Shown here: positions 23,203 to 33,200 of the stretch, piece after piece
How positions within the stretch are numbered: position 1 is the first letter of the stretch
Layout of the letters: each line of letters starts with the position of its first letter
Origin: a virus
Direction: 5' to 3' (one strand)
IMG/VR virus record: IMGVR_UViG_3300045988_123646
Location: 1-37,921 of that record
DNA: 37,921 nucleotides
Position numbers and translations under genes: made by a program
Notes under the pieces: generated by a model
Seen by the model: only the letters and a program-made list of their open reading frames with translations
Database searches by the model: none
Told to the model about the DNA's origin: nothing

Positions 23203-25727
23203 TGAATTTTATTGATTTGCCAAATATCGGCAACGGTACAGCCGAAGAACAGCTTGCACAGATACGCAGTTACATATACCGTAACAATGAACAGTTAAAC
23301 GCAACACTTGCCAACCTTTCAGTAGATAAGATGTGGGAGCAGACAGCATCGGCTCTGTCTGCATCCAATGGCGATATCGTAGAGGTCAACAAAGACCTTA
23401 TGAGCCGTTATACTACCATCCGTGACCTTGTAATTAAGACAGCAGATGTAGTGATACAGTCAGATGAAAAATTCACATCGCAGATGAACGGTAATTATGT
23501 TGCTATCTCTGATTTTGGTAAATATCTTCGTGACACAACGCTCGACATTTCAGGGAGTAGTGTAGGAATTGAATATTTATACAATTATGCATCACAGCTC
23601 GAAACAGACCTTGATAATTACAAAGTCAATCAGACTTCGTATATCAAGCAAGGTTTACTTGATGAGAGCGGAGCAAGTCCGATATACGGTGTTGAAGTCG
23701 GTTTGCTCTCGGATTCCTTCGAGTACAACGGCAAGGTTATCGATACACGGTCAAATCTCAAGACAAGAATTACACCAACTGAGATGTCTTGGTGGGCAGA
23801 AAACAAAAAGCTTTTTTATCTCGACAAAGACTCAGTATATTTCCCTTATGCAAAAATAACTGGCGGTAGTATCAATATCGGTAACGGTACATTTACTGTT
23901 GACAGTTTCGGTAATGTCAATGCAACATCGGGTACAATTGGCGGATTGGATATTACTGCTCTTACTGATATGGCTATGGGCATTGATATCCGCCCGAACG
24001 CTACGCTTGTTAAGAAGGCAGCAACAGACGGTTACGATGTTCAAAATATTGCAGTCAATCTCACAGCAAGAAACATCAATGTTGCATCAACAAGGTGGTA
24101 CACCTCGAATGACGGTGAAGTGTGGACAAAGTACACACGAACAGCAACCGCAATGAATATGAGGATTTCAACCGCAACCGCTTTTGAAAACTCATCTGTA
24201 CTGTATGTCAAAGCTGAAAGTAAAGCCGACACAGGCAATACAATCTACACGGCAGTATGCTCAATTGGTTGTGTTTCTGACGGTGTTGACGGTACTTCTG
24301 TTAAAATTCTCGGCACAGCATATAAAAAGAATGAAGATTATCAAATTGGCATTCCTTATGACTTGTATTTTGACTCTGATTGTACAAGTATCATTAACAA
24401 CAGTACAACAACGCTTAACAACGGTGATTCATACATTGTCAAAGGCTATTTGTTTGTGTGGAACAATAAAAACGGTGCTTTTGTTTGCACAGGTGAAATC
24501 AAAGGTAAAGACGGTAAAGATGGCATAGATGCACAGGCTTATGAAATCTATACTGATGTATCATCAGTCAACAAAAACATTCTCGGTACATCTTGTACAC
24601 CGTCAACAATAAACATTGAGTTTCGTCAGAACTCAGGCGGTAATACACAGCTTGTAACTGCAAGTGAGATAAGAGTATGGAGAATGAACGGCAACAAATC
24701 TGTATTTTACAAGTCAAAGAAAAATACAAATAATTTTTCTCTTTCGCTGTCGGGAGAATTCAACGCATATATAGCGACTTGCACGGCTATCAAGATTGAA
24801 GTCGGTTATAACAACAAAGTCTACACAAAGACAATTCCGTTGATTGTATCGGCAGAAGAAATCAAAGCTTGGGCAAAAGTAGAAAACGGTCAGACGGTTA
24901 TTGACGGTTCAAAAATCTACACAGGCTCTATCACAGCCGAAAAGATAGATGTAGCATACCGCAACACGCTCGCAACAGGTGAACAGCTTACAACGGCTAT
25001 TGCAAATGTTAATGACTCGATTTCAGCTTGGGCAAGTAAAATTGACTCAAACACAACGGATATTGCAAACTTAACGGTTGTATCGAATGAAATCTCATCA
25101 ACTGTTACGCAGAAAACAAGTACAAGCACTATCCAAAGCATCATTCGGCAATCGGCAAATGCGGTTGAATTTGCTTGGAGTGAATCGAAACTTGGCAATG
25201 TTATTAAGCTTGAAGACGGTGATATTAACTTTTATTATTTTGGCAAGAAAATGTCGAGTGTTTCGCAATACGGACAGTCTTTTTGGCGAGATAATCTGTC
25301 AATTGGTTACATTGGTGCTACTGTATGGAAAACTGCACCATCAATAAAAGGACTTGCGATTAACCTTGATAAAGCTAACGGAAAGTTTATTTCTTTCGGT
25401 TACGAAAAAGGGGATGCTTATGAAACGCAATTAGCATTTGCTAAAAACAACGCAATCGGAAACGATAACGAAGGTGTATTTTGCTACGCTGATTTTTTTG
25501 GCGGTAACACATTCAACAGCGGTTGGAGTACAATACGCAGATTTTGGATGCGAGATGTTTCTATTGAAATGGGATTGCGTACCAAAGACAATCGAAACGG
25601 TCAGCTATACAACACGGTTACAGCAGATATACCGTATATCCGAACAATAAAATCAGGGAGTAATGGCTCAATTACTTGGACATATAGCACACTCAAGGTA
25701 GTTAATGGGTTGATTACAAGTTATTAA
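23202..25727 (+). CDS. Large tail protein (fibre/spike-like, 841 aa)
   Basis: GTG start overlapping the previous stop. The protein is Ser/Thr/Asn/Gly-rich and beta-rich, with a short GKDGKDG stretch. No enzymatic motif recognised. Confidence 0.5.
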   Translation: MNFIDLPNIGNGTAEEQLAQIRSYIYRNNEQLNATLANLSVDKMWEQTASALSASNGDIVEVNKDLMSRYTTIRDLVIKTADVVIQSDEKFTSQMNGNYVAISDFGKYLRDTTLDISGSSVGIEYLYNYASQLETDLDNYKVNQTSYIKQGLLDESGASPIYGVEVGLLSDSFEYNGKVIDTRSNLKTRITPTEMSWWAENKKLFYLDKDSVYFPYAKITGGSINIGNGTFTVDSFGNVNATSGTIGGLDITALTDMAMGIDIRPNATLVKKAATDGYDVQNIAVNLTARNINVASTRWYTSNDGEVWTKYTRTATAMNMRISTATAFENSSVLYVKAESKADTGNTIYTAVCSIGCVSDGVDGTSVKILGTAYKKNEDYQIGIPYDLYFDSDCTSIINNSTTTLNNGDSYIVKGYLFVWNNKNGAFVCTGEIKGKDGKDGIDAQAYEIYTDVSSVNKNILGTSCTPSTINIEFRQNSGGNTQLVTASEIRVWRMNGNKSVFYKSKKNTNNFSLSLSGEFNAYIATCTAIKIEVGYNNKVYTKTIPLIVSAEEIKAWAKVENGQTVIDGSKIYTGSITAEKIDVAYRNTLATGEQLTTAIANVNDSISAWASKIDSNTTDIANLTVVSNEISSTVTQKTSTSTIQSIIRQSANAVEFAWSESKLGNVIKLEDGDINFYYFGKKMSSVSQYGQSFWRDNLSIGYIGATVWKTAPSIKGLAINLDKANGKFISFGYEKGDAYETQLAFAKNNAIGNDNEGVFCYADFFGGNTFNSGWSTIRRFWMRDVSIEMGLRTKDNRNGQLYNTVTADIPYIRTIKSGSNGSITWTYSTLKVVNGLITSY

Positions 25728-25743
25728 TAAAAGGAGAATTTCT

Positions 25744-26013
25744 ATGGACAAAAACATCACAAAAAGAGTAGAAGAAAACACAACAAACACACCACCGAAA
25801 GCACCTGAATCAGTATTGATTATGGATTTGAAAAACAAATTATATCAGCTTGCTAACTATCCTAAGCTTTCACCGATAATTATTGAAATGGCTTTTGGCG
25901 AAGTGTACAAGTCTGTGCAGAACAAGGCATTAACAACTGTACAGGCAGAGTATGAGAATTACCGCAAGCGAGTCGATGAATTTGAAAAGGAACAGAACCC
26001 GAAAGGAGATTAA
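25744..26013 (+). CDS. Hypothetical 89-aa virion-module protein
   Basis: AAGGAGA RBS. No family recognised. Confidence 0.5.
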   Translation: MDKNITKRVEENTTNTPPKAPESVLIMDLKNKLYQLANYPKLSPIIIEMAFGEVYKSVQNKALTTVQAEYENYRKRVDEFEKEQNPKGD

Positions 26014-26018
26014 AACAT

Positions 26019-27257
26019 ATGGCATATGTATATCAGAAATACAATCAGTCGGCTAATGCAACAAATTATCAGAACCGACAGGATGATGCAACAAACCGAT
26101 ATAACGATTACGCTCAGACAGGCTACACAACAGGGGCAGGTGGTTTCGGTGGTCAGATAAATTCTGCACAGGCTAAACTTAATCAGTTATACGGTAACAA
26201 CAATCTCTCACAGCAGTTTAAATACGGCAATCAGGGAGCTTATAACAAAGCGATGAACGCTGTTGCCAACCGTAAACCGTTTTCCTATGACCTTTCAAAT
26301 GATACGCTTTTTCAACAGGCGAAAGAGCAGTATCAGAATATGGGCAAGGTTGCAATGGCTGATACAGTAGGTCAGGCATCTGCGATGACAGGCGGTTACG
26401 GCAACAGTTACGCAACAACGGCAGGCTCTCAGGCTTATCAAGGTTATCTGCAACAGCTTAACAATGACATCGGCAATTATTACAGTATGGCATTAAGCGG
26501 TTACAATGCCGAAACAGACAGACTTAATAACATTTACAATATGTACGCTCAAGACAGAAACCAACAGCAGAATGAGTGGTCTAACAACTGGAATGTATAT
26601 AACAATCTGTATGGCTTGTATCAGAGTGAATTGCAGAATGCACAGAGTAATGACCTCAACGCTTGGAATCAGAAAGGTACAAACCTTTACAACTCCGCTA
26701 ATCTTGCGACAAATCAGTACGGTACTGCATCAAGCAATGATATTGACACCTGGAAACAGGGCGAAACATTGCGTGCAGAACAGGCACAGCAGGAAGAAAC
26801 CGAAAGAGCAAACCGTATTGAAGAGGCATACAAGAATGCACAGCTCGCAGAACAAATCAGAGCGAACAAAGCCGAAGAGGCTTATAGACAGTCTGCTCTT
26901 GCTGAAACAATTCGCAACAACAGGGCAACCGAAAAAATCAATTCATACAAAGCACAAAACTCGTCATCATCTAAAAAAAGTGCTGAGTCTTGGTATAATG
27001 TAAACGCAAAATCAACAAGCAACAATACAACCTCTGCATACATTCAGAAGATTGACAGTGAGGCACACTCTTTACAGTACAGTAAATACGGCGGTGATTA
27101 CACAAAAGCAATCAACAATGTGCTTGAAAAGTATATGGATAAAGCACTTACTAATCACACTCTTTCGAGTGGTGAGATTAACTATATCACTAAATATTAT
27201 GGTGCTTCCGACCTTGCAAAGACACTCAAAAGAGTACAGAAATCTTTTACTAAATAA
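26019..27257 (+). CDS. Q/N/Y-rich virion protein (412 aa), candidate internal/ejection protein
   Basis: The N-terminal 250 aa are low complexity and rich in Gln, Asn and Tyr. These are followed by helical repeats (EEAYKNAQLAEQIRANKAEEAYRQSALAETIRNN). Confidence 0.5.
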   Translation: MAYVYQKYNQSANATNYQNRQDDATNRYNDYAQTGYTTGAGGFGGQINSAQAKLNQLYGNNNLSQQFKYGNQGAYNKAMNAVANRKPFSYDLSNDTLFQQAKEQYQNMGKVAMADTVGQASAMTGGYGNSYATTAGSQAYQGYLQQLNNDIGNYYSMALSGYNAETDRLNNIYNMYAQDRNQQQNEWSNNWNVYNNLYGLYQSELQNAQSNDLNAWNQKGTNLYNSANLATNQYGTASSNDIDTWKQGETLRAEQAQQEETERANRIEEAYKNAQLAEQIRANKAEEAYRQSALAETIRNNRATEKINSYKAQNSSSSKKSAESWYNVNAKSTSNNTTSAYIQKIDSEAHSLQYSKYGGDYTKAINNVLEKYMDKALTNHTLSSGEINYITKYYGASDLAKTLKRVQKSFTK

Positions 27258-27268
27258 GGAGAAATTTT

Positions 27269-30200
27269 ATGACTTTTCGTGATTTACTCAAAAAGAAAAA
27301 TAATGATAATGACTCTCAATCGACAAGTTCGGTTGAGAGTTCTTCCGCAACTATTGACGATACACAAAGCAAAAATAAAACAATGAGAAGTACACTCGGA
27401 CAGAGTGATAGAGCAAACAATAAATCAATGCTTGACTATCTTCGTACACAAGAGGCGGTTGGTCAGGAAGAAGAGGAACAGACTGACACAGCACAAGCCT
27501 CAGCAGGTGTTGATATTATGTCAAGGTACTATAATTCATCTCAGCTTGCAAACAAAAACGCACAAAATGAATTGAGTAAAAGCACCTTTGACTCAATGAA
27601 AAATAAGGTTGATAATATTGCAAAGTATTATAACGGCTCAAATAAATTGTCTGATGATATGGTGTCAGCTTATAAAACTTTATCAGATAATGGTTATAAA
27701 AGCCTTGAAGAAGTCGAGGAAAATATACTTGACGGTGATTTACCAAAAGATGTTACAAGTGCTTACAAGTATATTACTGACAATCTTAATAAAATTTCAT
27801 CTACTGACCAACAGTCAACCGATACTCTTGGTGCGTTAGCAAAACAGTATGTAGCTAAACACGGCTATACAGAGGACACGGAAGATTATCAAGCTTATAT
27901 TCAAAACGCAGAAGATGTTGAAAACTACTATAAAAATTCAGCAAAAGAAATTCAAAATGCAATGTCAGATTTTGACACAGAACAGGAATACAAATCTGCT
28001 GTTGCACAGGCAGAAGAGGATGCCAAAACTTCCGATGACTTACAGAAGGAATATGACAAGAAGAAAGCCGAGTATGACAGCACTTGGGGCGATTTCAACA
28101 AGGAATATGCCGAAATTGGCGGTAGTTATAATAACAATCCCTTCACTACGCAGGGCAAAAACGCAAAAAAGAAATTGCAAGAACGCACCGACCAAAGAAC
28201 CGAACTCGATAACCTACAGAAAAAAATTGACCAAAAAAAGGAACTTGAAAACGAAAAGAAATACTATACTGATTTCCGCAAGCAAAATCCCGAAGTGGCA
28301 AAAACTCTTGATGCTTACTATGATATGCAGTCATATGAAGAGGAACACTCCAAAGATTCATTTGATACATATAACAAGGATGCTTTAAAAGAGAAACTCG
28401 AAAAAGGCAAATCGCCGACAGATTCCTTATATACCGATGAAGAGAAAAAAGCTATTGAAACTAACTTTAATTCGCTTAAAACTCTCGATGGTTGGAATGT
28501 TGACCAAATTTATAAATACTACAAACGAGCAAAAGACAGAGAAAAAGCTGAGAAAGAAAATGAAAATATTAAAGATTTTGCTGATAAACACCCGATTGCA
28601 AGTACGGCTATAAGTACGCTTAATATGATTCCGTCAGCTTTTGAATCCTCACCAAAACAAGTTGCATCTGTTGTCGATAAATGGACAGGCGGTGACGGAT
28701 ATTATAATCCCGAGGAATCTGCCGTGTACCAAAACAATTTACTGCAACAAAAAGTCGCAAGTAATATAGATAATCCGTTAGGAAGATTGGCTTACCAACA
28801 GGGAGTCAGCCTTGTTGATAACGCTATTCGTATGGGTATCGCATATGCAAATCCTGCTGTCGGATTGTCTACGATGGGTGCGGAAGCAGCAACACAGGGA
28901 TTTAATGATACTGTTGAAAATGGCGGTTCTGTAGAACAGGCACTTTTCACAGGTCTTGCTTATGCAGGTGTTGAAGTGCTTACCGAAGGTGTATCACTTG
29001 GTAAACTGAAAAGTTTTAAAAATGGCGGTGTAAAGGAATTCAAGAGCATTTTAAAGAATGCAGGAAAGCAGATTTTGACCGAGGCATCGGAAGAAGTATC
29101 CGCAACACTCCTTGATAGTGTAGCAGATGAAATCATTAACGGTAGCTTATCTCAGCTTGAGACAGAGTATGACAGATATATTGACAGCGGTATGTCTGAA
29201 ACCGAGGCAGGACAGGCAGTAATGCTGAATTACGGCGGTCAGATTATACAGGATGCAATTGGCGGAGCGTTGATGGGCGGAATTTCGGGTACTGCCGTCA
29301 ATACATCTCAGTACAGACGAAATATTAAGGCAGGAAAATCTATATCCTCTCTTAATAACATAGACACAGTTAAGAATCTTGCCAAACATTACGGTCTTAA
29401 TAACAGCGTTACCGATTATGAAAGCAATCCGACTGATGCAAGACTCGGAGCTTTGCAGAGCGAGGCATACGAAAAAGCAACAGAAAGTATGCCAACAGAA
29501 AAAGACTTTAAAAGAGTTATCAAAAAAGCAAACCTTGCATCGGATGAAAATGTTGTTGCAAACAAACTTACAAACGGTGAAAATTTAACAGACGATGACC
29601 TCGAAAAAATCAAAAAGTCTGAAAGTTTAAAGTCACTTCTTGCAAACGATGTTGTCAATCAGGCAAAGAGTGCAAGATTTAATCAGCAGACTGCATTGCT
29701 TTCCGCAGACACAAAACTGTTCACACCGAGCCTCATTGAATTTAACGCTGAGAAAAGTGATGCTGATGCAAATCTTAACAATGCCGAAACGCTCGACAAG
29801 TTTCTTTCGGAAAACTCTAAAAATATGACAATCAACACCGATACGGTCGATAAGATGAAAGATGCTTATAACGGCTTGGAAGATAAAATCGAACCTGATA
29901 CTTTCGCTATGGAGTATGCGAGATTTTTCAATCAGGGTGTCCGTGCGGTTGCGTTTCAGAGCTTGAATAGCACAGTATCACAGTTACCGTACAATGTACA
30001 AGTATCGGCTTATGAAGATGGCTTAAATAAGTACACAACGGCACTCAAAGCTGGCAACGCTCTTTCAAAATTACAGCAGGAATGGAAAGACAAAACAAAC
30101 GGTTACGCTAAAGGTACGGTTGACACTTCCGCTCTTGAAGGTATCAAACTTAACGATGAACAGAAAGCATCTGTTGATTATATCTCAGGCTATGCTAATC

Positions 30201-33200
30201 ACGGCTTGAATGTTAAGTTTTATGCATCACGGGCTGACGAAAACGGTGTGTATATAGACGATAACGGTGGTTATGACTCTTTGACTAATACCATAATGAT
30301 TGATATTAACGCAAAGAAGGAAACCATCAACGATGTTATAAGTAAAGGTGCGATGATGTCAACTTTCGGTCACGAACTTTCCCACCTTGCTGAACACGCA
30401 CCCACAGAGTATGCAGAGCTTTCAAAAGCTATTCAGGATGCCGTTGGTGCTGATACATTCAACGATGCAGTCGATAAGCATTATTCTATACTTGAAGAAC
30501 GCAACAGCGACAAATGGCAAAAAATGTCAGAGGATAAAAGACAAATTTATGCGACAAGAGAGGCAGTTGCTGAATTTTCTTCTGACCTTGTTAACAAAGC
30601 AAAAATCCTTGAAAAAATGTCAAAAGAGAATCCTTCTGTTGGTAAGAAGTTTATCAATCTCATTAAGAAGGTTATTAGCAAGATTAAAAGCATTCTCAAG
30701 GATAACAGAGGTATGACCGATGAGGCAAGACTACTTGCTAACGACCTTGCAAGCAATGCTGAAAAACTGCAGTCAATTGTTGATAAGTACGAAAAAGCTG
30801 TCATCGAAGGACTTAAAAATCAGAATGCAAAAGTTCATACAAATAAATCTTCTGTAAAAGAAAATAATACAAAAACTCAAAGTAATACAAGAACAGGAGA
30901 TTTTCTTACAGAAAGAGAAAGAACGCTTGTAGCAACACACAATATAAGTTCACAGAACCTTATGAATCTTATCAACGATTTTGACGGAGCAGGTTTACCA
31001 GTACCGAGCATTGCAATTGAGAAAGCTGATAGTGTTCACGATGATTTTGGCGATGTTACTCTGTTGTTTAGCAAGGACACGATTGACCCACAGAATAACA
31101 GTAATAACAATGTGTACAGCCGTGATGCGTGGACAAGTACCTTTCCACAGACGGAATACAAAATTAACGCTGAGGGCCTTAAAGCAATTGCGAAAAAGTT
31201 AGATTTATCTGAGAATTATCTCGAAAGTAATATATTTAACACTAATGATTTAAATGGAATTAAGCGTAAATTTTTAAATGACAGATATGTACGAAAAGCC
31301 TTCATTGAAGAAAACAATATTGAGGTTACCCCTGTTGCATATGAAAAAAAACCTAAATTCTCATTTTTCGCAAACCCAACTGTCAAGTCTTTTATCAAAA
31401 ACAACAACTGTACATTTGATAGACTTGTTAATGACAAAGAATTTCGAGATGCTTTTTTAAAGGTTGCTAAAGAGTCAATTCGACTGCGGATTGCGTTGCG
31501 ACAAGTCGAAAGATTTGAAAACACTCTTGATGATTGTGCAAAATCTAAAGATGTGTACAGCGATTCCAAAGAGTCAATTGAATACTGCATTGAATATGCC
31601 AAAGGTAATGCTAAAAAAGAAGTGACTGAATACTCATATGAAGAAGGTATAGAAAATGCTATCAATGAGCATAAAGCGGAATTTGAAAAGTATATAGACG
31701 ATATGCTTTCTGAAAGCGGTGTCATCGGTGATAAATATATTATCAGAGATGATGTTAACTTGTATAACAATGACGGCAGTAGGAAATCTTTTGAACAGAC
31801 ACATTACGATTACAATATTGATAATGTAGTCAAAGCTATGAAAGTAGGAAGGAGTGCTATCAGTAATTCTTTTTTTGGTGGAATAGAATACGCTAAAACA
31901 ATATCAGCCAAAAATCTCAATAGCATTGAAGAAATTAAAAGTAATGAACATAAGTTACAAGAATTATCGGCTGATGAAATCGAAACCCAAAAGGAAAACA
32001 TTTCCAATCTGCTTGCTCCGATAATAAGAGAGATTGCGGACAGTAGTAAATACAGCAACAGAGAATTTGACGATGGCTATATAGAGGCAAGTAATAGTGT
32101 TGTGGATGCGTTTAAAAGGTACAATACTATTGACGGAGTGTATAAATATCTTAAACAGTATTATGGTAACCTCAAAAAAAGCACGATTAATAAACTTTTC
32201 AAAGCGAGAGATGAGATTGCCGAAATGCCAGTAAGATACTTCGAGGCAAAGCCACACAGAGTTGTAGGATTTGACGAGGTAATGGCGGTGGTTATTCCTG
32301 CTGATGCAGACGAAAAATTAAAAACTGCTCTCAAAAAAATGGATATTCCCATGTATGAGTATGCTGACGAAAGTCAAAGAGCAGATGCTACGCACAAAGC
32401 AATCAACACGGAATATACAGACAAATCGGGTGTAACTTATGATAATCTTCAATTCTCAAGTAACAGAGGTGACTTTCTCAGCAACCGAGAGGCACTCGCA
32501 CAGGCTCTTGAAACAACAACAATTAACGCATCAGAGCGAAACACCGTCAAGACCTATCAACAGGGACTTGAGCAAATGAACAAACTCAACGATAAGCTTA
32601 ATGAGATTGACAGCAAAATTAAGACTATCAATGCCAAAGACAACATCTCTAAGAGCGACAAAGCGGAGATTGCATCGCTTATGAAAGTTAAAGCGGAAAC
32701 CGAAGAAAAAATCGTAAACAAAGACAAAAATCTTTTAAAACTGGAGTCAACTGAGGCAATGCGTAACATCTTGAAATACGAAACTTCTAAGAAAATTGCA
32801 AGGGTGCGTGAGCAGAAGAATGAGCGTATTGCTGAAATCAGAAAGCAGGAAACGCAGAAACGCAAGGATGCCGTTGCAAAACTCCGTAAACAGAAGAATG
32901 ATAAGATTGATGATATTATCGTGAAAAACCGTGAGAAACGAAAAGCAGATGCCGAAAAACGCAAGGATAATCAGGATTGGTCACACTCAATCAGTGAAAT
33001 CAAGAAATACTCGAAGAAATTGTTAGATGCTGTCTTGCATCCGACAGAAAAGATGTATATTCCATACGGCTTGAATGAGCCTATCAAGAGCATTACATCA
33101 ACTCTTCTTGATTCAATCAATCTCGATAACGATACTAAGATGTCAGACAATCTGAGAAAACTCTCTCAACAGCTTGAACAAGTCAATCAAAGCGATGAGC

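Noticed and set aside
26506-28388. Plus-strand alternative-frame ORFs (165 aa at 26506..27003, 157 aa at 27915..28388)
   Set aside because: They are embedded out of frame in longer, better-supported ORFs. Their K/R/T-rich composition comes from A-rich DNA, and they have no RBS.
31216-32964. Minus-strand ORFs of 184, 82, 97, 63 and 135 aa inside the giant gene
   Set aside because: They are antisense shadows of an A-rich coding strand (Ser/Leu/Phe-rich, no RBS). The plus-strand 2,908-aa frame is uninterrupted.
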